A stretch of DNA of 32,000 nucleotides from Polynucleobacter sp. SHI8 (GCF_027944005.1 NZ_AP027204.1:2425249-2457248); one strand, 5' to 3'. Counted from the stretch's first letter, positions 22,745 to 31,653 are shown. The notes: a model not told the origin generated them from the letters alone. Numbers and translations are program-made.

Positions 22745-23473
22745 TCACACAACTGGAAACTGCCCAATTGCGGCATTATCAATTCGTGTTTTTGCTTGCT
22801 TGATATATCGTCCAACCGTTGCGGCCAAACGATTACGCTTAACGAGCCTATCTGCGTAATCGTCTTTAGGATTGGGCATAGAGTCTTTATCTAGCAACCC
22901 CATCTCTGCACCAATTTCCCACAGCTTTAATTTATTAGCGCCTAATCTTGTTTCCATATAGCGGTCATAGACTTGTAGGCACAGTCTTAAGTTGGCAATC
23001 GTATAAGTACCGTTTAACGGATATTTGGCTGTTGTCTTACTAACAGCTTTGGATGGCCGCCCCTTCTTTCTGCCGTGACGCCCCATCAGCAACTCATTGA
23101 AATACTTCTTAAGCGACTTCTTATCGTAAGTGAGTGGCACTTGCAAAAAGATAAAGTCATCTTTGCTCCACTGGTCGGGCACTTCATCTTTGACATCTAT
23201 CTCTTTAAATTTATAGATAGATATTTGCTCTGCAAATAATTCAACCCCTTTGGCTCGCCACCAAACCCTAAATTCATCATCGCGCACATCACCAAAGTCT
23301 GCATATAACTTAGCGCACTTTCCCTTGCCGCCTTTTTCACAAGTAGCTAAGTAGTCTTTGTTGCGCCGTAAGTAAGCCCACCACCAGTAATAAGGACTTT
23401 GCTCTTGCCTAGACAAGGGCTGTCTATTGTTTTTAGTGCCAAAGGTTGGGTACGGCTCAAAAAACTTCACCAT
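22745..23473 (-). CDS. Mobile-element-associated protein with a W-x-(F/Y)-LRRN motif (DUF6499/DUF2285-like; tentative)
   Basis: SPYYWWWAYLRRNKDY resembles the AWEFLRRNP motif of regulator-like proteins found on integrative elements. Confidence 0.5.
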   Translation of the reverse strand: MVKFFEPYPTFGTKNNRQPLSRQEQSPYYWWWAYLRRNKDYLATCEKGGKGKCAKLYADFGDVRDDEFRVWWRAKGVELFAEQISIYKFKEIDVKDEVPDQWSKDDFIFLQVPLTYDKKSLKKYFNELLMGRHGRKKGRPSKAVSKTTAKYPLNGTYTIANLRLCLQVYDRYMETRLGANKLKLWEIGAEMGLLDKDSMPNPKDDYADRLVKRNRLAATVGRYIKQAKTRIDNAAIGQFPVV

Positions 23474-23609
23474 TTTCTTAACATTCTAAATAGATCAATA
23501 TTGTATGGGTTAGAGAATTTTAACCCAAAAGAATAAAGTTATTTCATGGCCAAGCGGTTAAATTTCTTAACAAGCAGTCATATTTCTTAATACAGAAAGA
23601 GAGTTAAAA

Positions 23610-24392
23610 ATGAACACATTATTAAACGCAGTAGATACAACCCCTGTTACAACAAACGTCCTTTTAAAGGACACAAGCAAAGTAGCTAACGTTGCTGTTG
23701 GCACTACCGTTGCCCTTACTAATATGGAAGCAAATCGTATTAACTGGGAACAAGGTGCCTACAGAACAAGTAATCAAGCCTTATATGCAGTATTGGGCGA
23801 TTGCCTGGCTTTTTGTGGTGACATGACACTTCCAGAAGCTAAACAACGTAGCGAATCTTTAGAGTCTTTCTATAAAGAGCGTGGCTACACCTATAAAAAG
23901 GATCTGCCCTTAGCGACACGTGTTGTACGTGCAGTTTTTGGATCAAGAGATCGTCGTCGTATTAGCACCTACTCTTTGGTTATTCGTCAGGCAATGAAAG
24001 AGAAGGTTTTGATAGCTGACTTTTCAGCATGGGTGGAAGAGCGTGGTGGCGTTCAAGAGATCAGTCTTGGCAAAAGTGCTACTTACATCAAGCCTGCTGA
24101 TAAAGCTGAAATGGCTAAAAACAATCTAAAAGGCAAAACACCGATTGGCTATGCCAAGTCTGAATTGCTCTCACATGTTGCTGATGCTCAGTACCTAGGT
24201 GATATGTGCGTACTTTTAGCAGAGCAACAGGCTGACGGCAGTTTTGGTGTCTATGCAGTTTTGCGTCAAGATGGACTGATTAAGTCTGCCTTTACCTCTT
24301 TGTATGCAGTTGGTAAAGAGCTTGAGGATAAAGCCAAGGCTGAGATCAAAGCGGCAAATGATGCAGATGGCGCCATTGCTAAATCTGCTTAA
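23610..24392 (+). CDS. Hypothetical protein (260 aa)
   Basis: Clean ORF followed 18 nt later by the ATPase gene. A REP-like palindrome lies inside codons 17-21, so a later start such as Met39 is possible. Confidence 0.55.
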   Translation: MNTLLNAVDTTPVTTNVLLKDTSKVANVAVGTTVALTNMEANRINWEQGAYRTSNQALYAVLGDCLAFCGDMTLPEAKQRSESLESFYKERGYTYKKDLPLATRVVRAVFGSRDRRRISTYSLVIRQAMKEKVLIADFSAWVEERGGVQEISLGKSATYIKPADKAEMAKNNLKGKTPIGYAKSELLSHVADAQYLGDMCVLLAEQQADGSFGVYAVLRQDGLIKSAFTSLYAVGKELEDKAKAEIKAANDADGAIAKSA

Positions 24393-24410
24393 TTAATCAA
24401 GGGGAATGTT

Positions 24411-25130
24411 ATGGGCATTCCCCATTCATATTTGAAAGGAATACAAATGTTAACGAAAGGAAATAATCATGCGCCTCAAACGATTGATGACATCATCTTT
24501 GGAAACGATGAATCTAAATTGCGGATTGAAGATATTGTCTCGGGTGCCGACGCATTACCTCACTGCGGCAAATCAGCCATTCTTTTATACGGAGTCTTCG
24601 GAACAGGCAAAACAACGCTCGCTAAGATGCTACCTAACCACATTGAATACGGCAAAACCAAAGAAGAGTTAGTCTGGCCAGAAGAGTTCATTGCTTGTCA
24701 GCAAGGCTTTAATGGCCCTCAGGTTATGGCAAAGATTGATGCAATCTTGACTAAAAGCTCTTTTAACGTAAGTGGGCTTCACTACATCATTCTTGATGAG
24801 GTGGACAACTTAACTAAGCAGGCTCAGCAAAGTTTGAAGTCAGCATTGAATACGACTCGCGGCGTATTCATATTGACGACAAACAATGTATCGCTACTAG
24901 ATAAGGGCATGCTAGATCGTTGCGTCTTAGTTGAAATGAATGCGGCACATCCAAATGCTTACTTGGATATTGCCAAATCTATTGCTGATGAAGCTGGGGT
25001 CACCTTATCTAATGATGAGTTACTGACAACCATTCAAGCCGCCAATGGATCATTTAGAAACTTGTTTCATAACGTGGGGCGCTTGGCTAGGCGCAAAGGT
25101 CAACAGCCACCTCCTAATATAATTTATTAA
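24411..25130 (+). CDS. AAA+ ATPase, clamp-loader (RFC/DnaX)-like module
   Basis: QTIDDIIFGN is RFC-box-II-like. Walker A is GVFGTGKTT, Walker B is IILDEVD and sensor-1 is FILTTNN. An alternative start at 24447 is also preceded by GAAAGGA. Confidence 0.7.
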   Translation: MGIPHSYLKGIQMLTKGNNHAPQTIDDIIFGNDESKLRIEDIVSGADALPHCGKSAILLYGVFGTGKTTLAKMLPNHIEYGKTKEELVWPEEFIACQQGFNGPQVMAKIDAILTKSSFNVSGLHYIILDEVDNLTKQAQQSLKSALNTTRGVFILTTNNVSLLDKGMLDRCVLVEMNAAHPNAYLDIAKSIADEAGVTLSNDELLTTIQAANGSFRNLFHNVGRLARRKGQQPPPNIIY

Positions 25131-26401
25131 GCCAGCCTATCTGCCGCCATCGTTGCCGTCAATTTGCTGTAATGACGATCAATCATGGCGGCACTATTGC
25201 CCATCTGCTTAGACAGCGTATGAATATCAGTCTTATTCTCCAATAGCTCCAAAGTAGCGTAGGTATGTCTAAGTGAATAGAGTGTTCGCATCTGCCCATC
25301 GTGACTTAATCCCAAACCACTATCTCGCATCAATCGCTTAAAAGCACCGTCAATCCGCATGGGCTGATGACCGTTGGCAAATACGAAGATCAGCTCAGGG
25401 CAACGCGTCTCAAATAGTCGATCAAAGGGAATATCCCACACAGCCCGTTGTCTGCTGTGTAATCGTTTAAGCACATTAACTGCCTTGTGTTTAGCAATCA
25501 GCCAGCGGCCACCAGTCTTGCCATCCACCCATATACGAAGGTACTTCTTATCCCCTTGCGTGTGCCACTCAATATTGTTCCAGCAGATATTCAGTGCCTC
25601 AGTGCCATGCCGCATACCTGTGTATAAAAGCATCTCAATATAGTCACGCAGTAAGGGTCTAGTCTCATGCTCAATCTCTAGTCTGCCTTGCTTGATCCAT
25701 GGCTCCATAAACTCCAACAAGCGATCAATCTCTTCGCGAGTAAATGCTGGGCGGGTTTTACCTTTTTGCCCTCTTGCTGTTAGCTTGGGAATAGCTACTC
25801 GTTCACTGATCCAGCCTTTGCTAATGGCTACCAGCTGTAACTTGGTCCACGCACTGGCAAAGTTCATCAAGGTGCTGGCTCTGGGCACCTTGTTCATCTG
25901 CCTATTACGCCAAACCTCAAACTCATGCACGTCGGTATAAGTTATTTCTTCTAGTCTTTTGTCACCAAAGTAAGGTAGAAAGTATTTCTCAATACAGGTG
26001 ATGTAGCTACCGTACACACTCTTGCCTATACCCACATCCAAGTCCTGCCGCATTGAGTAGAGAGTGGCGTGTGCAATTTCTGCAAACGTGGGCGACTTTT
26101 GTGCAAGCCCCAGTCTTTGGCGAAATCTGGTTTCATCGTAAAGATCGCAAGCCATTCGTACTGCGTGTTCAATACTGGCTTGGCGGGTGGTCTGACGATG
26201 CCATGAGCCATCTTGCAGTCTAAAGCGACAATGCCAAAGTGGACTTCCGGGTCTGCGATGAATAACGACTTCGCCATCACGCAAGTAAAGCTCTGTGGGC
26301 TCGGCGTATTTGAGCTGGCTTAAGGCTGTGGGTTGGGATTCGTGCTGGGGCGAGGAGATTACTTCCAGATGACTTTCAGGTACTTTAATTACCTTGGTCA
26401 C
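25127..26401 (-). CDS. int: Tyrosine site-specific integrase
   Basis: Catalytic residues are YTGMRHGTEAL (Arg), LYSLRHTYAT (HxxR), GNSAAMIDRHYSK (Tyr). The GTG start is uncertain. The 3' end overlaps the ATPase gene by 4 nt (convergent). Confidence 0.85.
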   Translation of the reverse strand: MTKVIKVPESHLEVISSPQHESQPTALSQLKYAEPTELYLRDGEVVIHRRPGSPLWHCRFRLQDGSWHRQTTRQASIEHAVRMACDLYDETRFRQRLGLAQKSPTFAEIAHATLYSMRQDLDVGIGKSVYGSYITCIEKYFLPYFGDKRLEEITYTDVHEFEVWRNRQMNKVPRASTLMNFASAWTKLQLVAISKGWISERVAIPKLTARGQKGKTRPAFTREEIDRLLEFMEPWIKQGRLEIEHETRPLLRDYIEMLLYTGMRHGTEALNICWNNIEWHTQGDKKYLRIWVDGKTGGRWLIAKHKAVNVLKRLHSRQRAVWDIPFDRLFETRCPELIFVFANGHQPMRIDGAFKRLMRDSGLGLSHDGQMRTLYSLRHTYATLELLENKTDIHTLSKQMGNSAAMIDRHYSKLTATMAADRLA

Positions 26402-26432
26402 TTTTTGGGCAGATTGCTGTTGTCATACAGCT

Positions 26433-26472
26433 ATTTTATTTTCAGAGTTTTGCTTTGGACAACCTCTTCATG
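26433..26472 (-). promoter_or_regulatory. Predicted integrase promoter; paralogue of 20161..20200
   Basis: On the minus strand, -35 is TTGTCC (26462..26457), the spacer is 18 nt and -10 is TAAAAT (26438..26433). Confidence 0.45.
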
Positions 26473-26476
26473 AAAT

Positions 26477-26491
26477 GTCCTTTTAAAGGAC
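26477..26491. repeat. REP-like palindrome
   Basis: GTCCTTTTAAAGGAC, 3 nt downstream of the last gene of the hxs-linked operon. Confidence 0.65.
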
Positions 26492-26493
26492 GC

Positions 26494-26757
26494 TTATTGA
26501 TTAGCAGATCCAAAAAATCCCATTACACCCATAACAAACCCGATGTAATAAAAAAGCCCTGTATTTGGTTGTCCAATAATGTAAACATCATCCAGAAAAA
26601 GCCAGCCCAAGAAGGAAAAAATTACGATGTAGCCATGCCATAGACCCGATAAAAATCCATATGGATCGCCTATTTCTTCAGGGGCGTAGTGATGTGCGCA
26701 TCCAGTTAGTACAAGACTAATAAGGACTATATAAAAAATAGGTTTTAAATATCTCAT
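26494..26757 (-). CDS. Small lipoprotein/membrane protein
   Basis: 87 aa. The lipobox is LVLTGC, followed by two hydrophobic segments. Its start directly abuts the stop of the peroxidase-like gene. Confidence 0.6.
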   Translation of the reverse strand: MRYLKPIFYIVLISLVLTGCAHHYAPEEIGDPYGFLSGLWHGYIVIFSFLGWLFLDDVYIIGQPNTGLFYYIGFVMGVMGFFGSANQ

Positions 26758-27987
26758 CTAAAAAGATAATGTCTTTAAGAAAGCAGTTAGTTGACTTACC
26801 TCTTCTGGGGTTAGATAGTTAACTCTAGTTGTGCTGTCGCTGAATGTAAGTCTTTTAGATAGCTCATATCTATCAAACTGACTTAGCTTGTCTGTTTGCA
26901 CCAAAGACAAAGGGTCATAGTGAGCAATAATTGCTTCTTGAATTGTTGCTACAGATCCAGAATGCCCATATGGCGCGGTCTTTTCTACGTTGTACAGTGG
27001 CGCAGTTCGAAATTTATATAAGTCTTTTGGATTAAATGTCGCGTTATATCTCCCGTAGTCAACTCCAAAACCATTCTTACCAAATCCAAGCTGTGGAAAC
27101 GGTACCGTATAAAACTTGAAATCGCTAAAGTGGGGTCCGTTGTGGCATGTAGAGCAGGCACCTTTGCCATAAAACACTCTGGCACCCTTCAATTCAGGCT
27201 GAGTAAGATCTTCTTTGCCTTGAACAAATCTCTCTAATTTTGTTTGCTTAAGTCTGAATTCGTTGCGAATAAAGGCCGCTATGGCCCTTGCAAAATCAAT
27301 GTACTCTAGCTGGTCAACATTTTTATTAAGTACTTTGGCTAAATTTTGACTTGCTTCTGGCTCAATTTTTATAAGTCTTTGAGATATTGCCTTGTACACT
27401 TCTTTGGATTTATCTACTGACTCGGTTTTGTGATTTTTGACAAACTGATCCTCATCAAGCATCTCTCTAATTTCCACAACCGGTAAATGTATTGCCGTTA
27501 CCAAAGCATCATTAGTAGGCCCCTGCGAACCAAATTGACTAAGCGGCTTTTTCAAAGAAAAGTCCACCCTACCATCCCAGAAAAATACATCAAAACCTTT
27601 GGCACCTCTGCCCCAAAAAGCCAAGGTATTTCTTGGTAGTTGCTTTGCTCCATTAAGCAATCTATCGGGCCCAACCATTGTCTTTCCATCGCCGCCCCCA
27701 ATAGCCGCCGCGTTGGGTATTCCGTCTGCAGAGCCAAATTTGTCTTGATGGCAGGTTCTGCATGAGATATTGCCATTAAGACTTAGCCCCTTATTGCTCT
27801 CAAAAAATTTAACCCCCAATGGTGATAATTTTTCATCGGAATTTCTATATAGCTCGTCTGCGGGCTTAAAGCCAGATTCAATTATTTGGCGCTTAATTAT
27901 TTTTGTTTCAGCATTTTCAATGGCGCTAACATGCTGAGTTAGCACCATCAATGAAAACAGGAGTATTTTATTAATAACGAATTTCAT
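26758..27987 (-). CDS. Di-haem cytochrome c peroxidase / MauG-family protein (periplasmic)
   Basis: The signal peptide is MKFVINKILLFSLMVLTQHVSA. There are two CxxCH haem motifs, CRTCH and CSTCH, at the spacing typical of the CCP/MauG family. Confidence 0.8.
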   Translation of the reverse strand: MKFVINKILLFSLMVLTQHVSAIENAETKIIKRQIIESGFKPADELYRNSDEKLSPLGVKFFESNKGLSLNGNISCRTCHQDKFGSADGIPNAAAIGGGDGKTMVGPDRLLNGAKQLPRNTLAFWGRGAKGFDVFFWDGRVDFSLKKPLSQFGSQGPTNDALVTAIHLPVVEIREMLDEDQFVKNHKTESVDKSKEVYKAISQRLIKIEPEASQNLAKVLNKNVDQLEYIDFARAIAAFIRNEFRLKQTKLERFVQGKEDLTQPELKGARVFYGKGACSTCHNGPHFSDFKFYTVPFPQLGFGKNGFGVDYGRYNATFNPKDLYKFRTAPLYNVEKTAPYGHSGSVATIQEAIIAHYDPLSLVQTDKLSQFDRYELSKRLTFSDSTTRVNYLTPEEVSQLTAFLKTLSF

Positions 27988-28354
27988 GAGTTTTTACAAA
28001 ATTTCTAACATCATTTGATTTTTCTTCAATTACCTCAATACCAATCATTGCAAGACTTTCTTCATTGACACCCAAAATCATCATCTTTTTTCTGAGCTTG
28101 TCATAGTCATCGCAAGTCAACAAACCTACCTCGGCGGAATGTAACTGCCTAATAGACTCTTCAGATTTATCAACATTCACTTTATTTTTTGCAATTAAGT
28201 GATCACGCATAACATTGTCGCAAGCAAATACTAACTTTTTATAGTCTTCCTTATAGATAACCTCAGCCAAATAAGGTGCGGCCATATATTTTGTAGCGAG
28301 CGCAATACAGCTTATAGAGGCAAATACATTCAGAACAATAAGTATTTTTTTCAT
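27971..28354 (-). CDS. Membrane-anchored hypothetical protein
   Basis: I prefer the start MKKILIVLNVFASISCIALA at 28354, one nt after the upstream TGA, over the ORF-track start at 28390. Its 3' end overlaps the peroxidase-like gene by 17 nt. Confidence 0.55.
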   Translation of the reverse strand: MKKILIVLNVFASISCIALATKYMAAPYLAEVIYKEDYKKLVFACDNVMRDHLIAKNKVNVDKSEESIRQLHSAEVGLLTCDDYDKLRKKMMILGVNEESLAMIGIEVIEEKSNDVRNFVKTHEIRY

Positions 28355-28355
28355 T

Positions 28356-28763
28356 TCAACATCCCAAATTTCTTTTAGTCTGCTCATCAATTTGACCAGT
28401 CACCGGAATACTTTTACTCTCCTGAAATTTAATAATTGCCTCAATGTACTTGGCATTAAAAGAAGAATCTAAATCATCAATTGGGTAGCCCAAATCTTTT
28501 AACTTCACTAGGCATTTATCAGAATTAATACCACTTGCAATTTGCCTTTTCTTATTCTCCTGCGCCTCGGTAACTGCTGGCGTGGCAGGTAAAACAAAGG
28601 ATCTTGGTGTGCTTTGTTCATTTCTATCAACATCAACCTCATCTTCATCCTCGTAAACAAGGTGTTGCCTTGTATAAATTTTGTACGAAGAAGAAAGTCC
28701 AACAACTAGAAAAATAATAGTTAACACCGTTATGGCTGTTGTCGATTTCTTTGAAAGTTCCAT
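28356..28763 (-). CDS. Membrane-anchored protein with a C-terminal peptidoglycan-binding (PG_binding_1-like) domain
   Basis: The N-terminal transmembrane segment is AITVLTIIFLVVGL. The C-terminal LKDLGYPIDDLDSSFNAKYIEAIIKFQESKSIPVTGQIDEQTKRNLG fits the LGY...DG.F...T..A...FQ....L..TG..D..T pattern. The gene starts 2 nt after the hxsC stop. Confidence 0.65.
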   Translation of the reverse strand: MELSKKSTTAITVLTIIFLVVGLSSSYKIYTRQHLVYEDEDEVDVDRNEQSTPRSFVLPATPAVTEAQENKKRQIASGINSDKCLVKLKDLGYPIDDLDSSFNAKYIEAIIKFQESKSIPVTGQIDEQTKRNLGC

Positions 28764-28765
28764 AC

Positions 28766-29911
28766 TTATTCTTTAAATGCTCTGATGTGGTCGCTATACC
28801 TATACTTTTTTGAAGATGAAAAGAAGCCGCCACATTCACTTCTTTTTACACAGGAATCGCACTCTTCAACATATTCATTTTTCCAATCACTAATTGATTT
28901 AACGTAATTGGATTTAATATCTTGATTCACCACGCAGAGCTGATGGTTATAGATGGATGTTCTTATTCCGTATGAATTTAGAATTCCTAAAGCCCTACTT
29001 AATGTATCTTTGTACTCATATGGATCTATCCATAATTTATCTAAGTTTGCTCGTGTAAAGCCCATCATTTCCAAGCCCATCAATGCAACATGGTCAACAA
29101 AAATAAGATTTCTAGCAATGAACTCACATGTCTGCACTAAACGATCAATTGTTTGCTTATGGATTACTACCCTAATTTCTACCTTTTGATTGAATCTTTT
29201 TAAATTCAAAATGCCTTGCATGGTTTCATCAAATGCGCCATTGGCTTGAACCACATAATCATGTCTTGCAGGATCATCTGAATATATTGGAATGCCCAAA
29301 AGACAATCGTGGTGATTTACATCGGCATAACGCTTAGCAAATGAGCTATCTTTAAATGTTCTTCCGTTGGTTAAAACATCAATTGCGGTATTTGGTAGTG
29401 CCTTTTTTGTTTTTGTAATCAGCTCAATAAACTGGTCGCCATATAAGGTAGGTTCTCCACCTGTATATCCAATGTTCGCAGTGTCCTTTGGGATTAAATC
29501 AAGCGCCTCAATTGCCTCTTCCATTAGCCACGAGTCATCATGATCTTTTGGTGGTTGAGAGCACATCAAACAATAATGATTACATCGCTCGGTCAGTAAA
29601 AACGTATTGTTAGGGCTTTTCTTTCTAAATATGATGCCGATACGACCAGATGGTGAGATGCGGGCTATATCGCCCTCATCTATGTAGTTCATTTCCTCGG
29701 GTAGCTCTAGATGATTTACCTGACCCAAGTCTTTTGTAGCATCAAAAGTCAAATACGCCCCAAAGCCCTCGGGAGCCGAGCCATTTTCAATTATTAAAGC
29801 CTTATCTTGGCGCTCGCCGATTGGTATCTGAGAATTTTTAGTCAGCGTAAATAATCGACTCCTATCAAGAGTGAAATTTTCGACGACGCCTCGACCGTAT
29901 AACTTAAGCAT
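28766..29911 (-). CDS. hxsC: Radical SAM maturase, HxsC type (His-Xaa-Ser system)
   Basis: The CxxxCxxC motif is ERCNHYCLMCSQ. It is the second rSAM gene, overlapping hxsB by 8 nt. The operon order of precursor, HxsD, rSAM, rSAM matches the described Hxs system. Confidence 0.7.
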   Translation of the reverse strand: MLKLYGRGVVENFTLDRSRLFTLTKNSQIPIGERQDKALIIENGSAPEGFGAYLTFDATKDLGQVNHLELPEEMNYIDEGDIARISPSGRIGIIFRKKSPNNTFLLTERCNHYCLMCSQPPKDHDDSWLMEEAIEALDLIPKDTANIGYTGGEPTLYGDQFIELITKTKKALPNTAIDVLTNGRTFKDSSFAKRYADVNHHDCLLGIPIYSDDPARHDYVVQANGAFDETMQGILNLKRFNQKVEIRVVIHKQTIDRLVQTCEFIARNLIFVDHVALMGLEMMGFTRANLDKLWIDPYEYKDTLSRALGILNSYGIRTSIYNHQLCVVNQDIKSNYVKSISDWKNEYVEECDSCVKRSECGGFFSSSKKYRYSDHIRAFKE

Positions 29912-31361
29912 TTGGTTGAGCCCAATCGGTGAATAACTGTTTCACAAACGAGTCTTCTTCCATTCGTTTAATCAAATATTTGAAGATCTTCATGTTTCTA
30001 TTACAGAATTCAGAGTCTGGCTTTCTACCGACAAAGTCTTTGTATATGCCGTAGTGAAATACCGGATCGGCCCCGCAATAACTTTCAAATGCACAATCTG
30101 TACACATTGGTACGCTATATGCAAAGGATTCTTCTATTGGATCTAGTAAAGCATCGCTGAGAAATATTTGCTCATAGGTATCTTTTAAAACGTGCCCAAT
30201 TTGAAATTTATTCTCACCCATCTCAGCAAGCATTCTGCTCTCATCAGATGCAAACACTTTGCCATCGTAGTTATAGACTACTGCCCCAATTCCAATTCCT
30301 GCTGGGCTCATTAAGTCTACATAACCAGGCTCTGTGCTTGTAAGCATTTTGGAGAGAATGGTTGCCGCATAAAACTCTCTAAATTCTTTGCCTCTGCGGT
30401 TTAACTCAATGATGTACTCAAGACCTTCTACAAAAAATTCGTGCCATTTTTCTGCATCATAGGCGGCATATGTTTTTGTTTTAAGAGCAAAACCGTATGG
30501 TGACAAAGGTCTTAGAAAAATCCCTCCAAACTCTCTTTCAACATATTCATCAATAATTTCTTTAACTCTCCCAAGACTTGCTTTAGTTGTAGTCATGAGC
30601 GCAGAAACAGAATATTTTCCTAAATATCTTCTTGTGGATGCAATTCCCTCAATTGCTTTTTCATAACTATTGCTACCTTTGCGTGGTCTATTGTGGTTAT
30701 GAAGATCTTTAGGCCCATCTAGAGAAGTAGAAATTTGAATTTTGTGTTGTTTACAAAATTCCAATACCTGATCATTAATTAACGCTAAATTTGTTGCTAT
30801 AACGTAGCCAATATTCTTGGTGCCCCTGAGACTTTCTGCACGCTCAACAATATATTTTATGAGAGGAAAATTTAATAACGGCTCGCCACCTTGAAATTCA
30901 ATTTTGATGTTTTGAGCCGGTGCCTTCAAAGCTAAGTCCAACGACTTATCTGCAACCTCTTTGGACATATCAAATGCTACTTTATCGTCCGAAGCTCTTG
31001 AAACCTGACAATACGGGCAACTATGCTCACATCGTAAAGAAACTACAAATATATGTAAGCCAGTGAATTCACTAAGGTTGCTATATTTCGTTCTTAACTT
31101 GATTGCCAATAAATCTTTAGCAATGCTTGTTTTGTCATCCACTAAAAAGTGTCTTGCTCTTAAATTGATATAGTCTGGATCTGATGAGGTTAATTGGTGT
31201 TTAACCAATTTCGATAACTTATCACGCGGAAGAGTCAGATACTCTCCAGCCATATTAGTAACTACATAGCTCTGATCATCTAGAGCCTCAAACCTAAGTG
31301 GAAGAAGCTCATAAGAATGAGTTTTGTTTTTATAGAATTCTATCGGCTGAAACTTACTCAT
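29904..31361 (-). CDS. hxsB: Radical SAM/SPASM maturase, HxsB type (His-Xaa-Ser system)
   Basis: The CxxxCxxC motif is LRCEHSCPYCQ. The C-terminal Cys-rich SPASM-like region is PMCTDCAFESYCGADP...FCNRN. Confidence 0.75.
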   Translation of the reverse strand: MSKFQPIEFYKNKTHSYELLPLRFEALDDQSYVVTNMAGEYLTLPRDKLSKLVKHQLTSSDPDYINLRARHFLVDDKTSIAKDLLAIKLRTKYSNLSEFTGLHIFVVSLRCEHSCPYCQVSRASDDKVAFDMSKEVADKSLDLALKAPAQNIKIEFQGGEPLLNFPLIKYIVERAESLRGTKNIGYVIATNLALINDQVLEFCKQHKIQISTSLDGPKDLHNHNRPRKGSNSYEKAIEGIASTRRYLGKYSVSALMTTTKASLGRVKEIIDEYVEREFGGIFLRPLSPYGFALKTKTYAAYDAEKWHEFFVEGLEYIIELNRRGKEFREFYAATILSKMLTSTEPGYVDLMSPAGIGIGAVVYNYDGKVFASDESRMLAEMGENKFQIGHVLKDTYEQIFLSDALLDPIEESFAYSVPMCTDCAFESYCGADPVFHYGIYKDFVGRKPDSEFCNRNMKIFKYLIKRMEEDSFVKQLFTDWAQPNA

Positions 31362-31653
31362 CCTTTATCAGCCCTGCCTTCGAGAAGGTGTGGGCAAGAA
31401 TGAGGTTTCTTACGCCTTCAGTTTCTCTCTTGATTGATTCCCGAAGATCTTGATCTAATACTTCTTTTTTAAATTCATCGACAAGTCTTGCCGCTTGAGC
31501 ATCAGTTGATTTATCTGGGAACTTTATGAAACATGAATATGAAGTCCCGTTTTCTGAAATTACCGCCGAAAACTTATCGATAAATCTATAAGCGGCTTTT
31601 TTAATTGCTTCTGCAGAATAAATTGCTTTATCAAAGAAAACTTGCAATTCCAT
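31354..31653 (-). CDS. hxsD: His-Xaa-Ser system protein HxsD
   Basis: 99 aa. VLDQDLRE matches the LLNDYxLRE signature that names the HxsD family. The gene overlaps hxsB by 8 nt. Confidence 0.65.
   Translation of the reverse strand: MELQVFFDKAIYSAEAIKKAAYRFIDKFSAVISENGTSYSCFIKFPDKSTDAQAARLVDEFKKEVLDQDLRESIKRETEGVRNLILAHTFSKAGLIKDE

Larger units (their letters stand above)
20161..26472. mobile_element. Candidate compact integrative element or recombinase-rich module (boundaries uncertain)
   Basis: It contains a 424-aa tyrosine integrase, a second small tyrosine recombinase, a clamp-loader-like ATPase and an LRRN-motif protein typical of mobile elements. It is bracketed by a 37-bp imperfect direct repeat (30/37), which may instead be a duplicated promoter. 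Confidence 0.4.
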
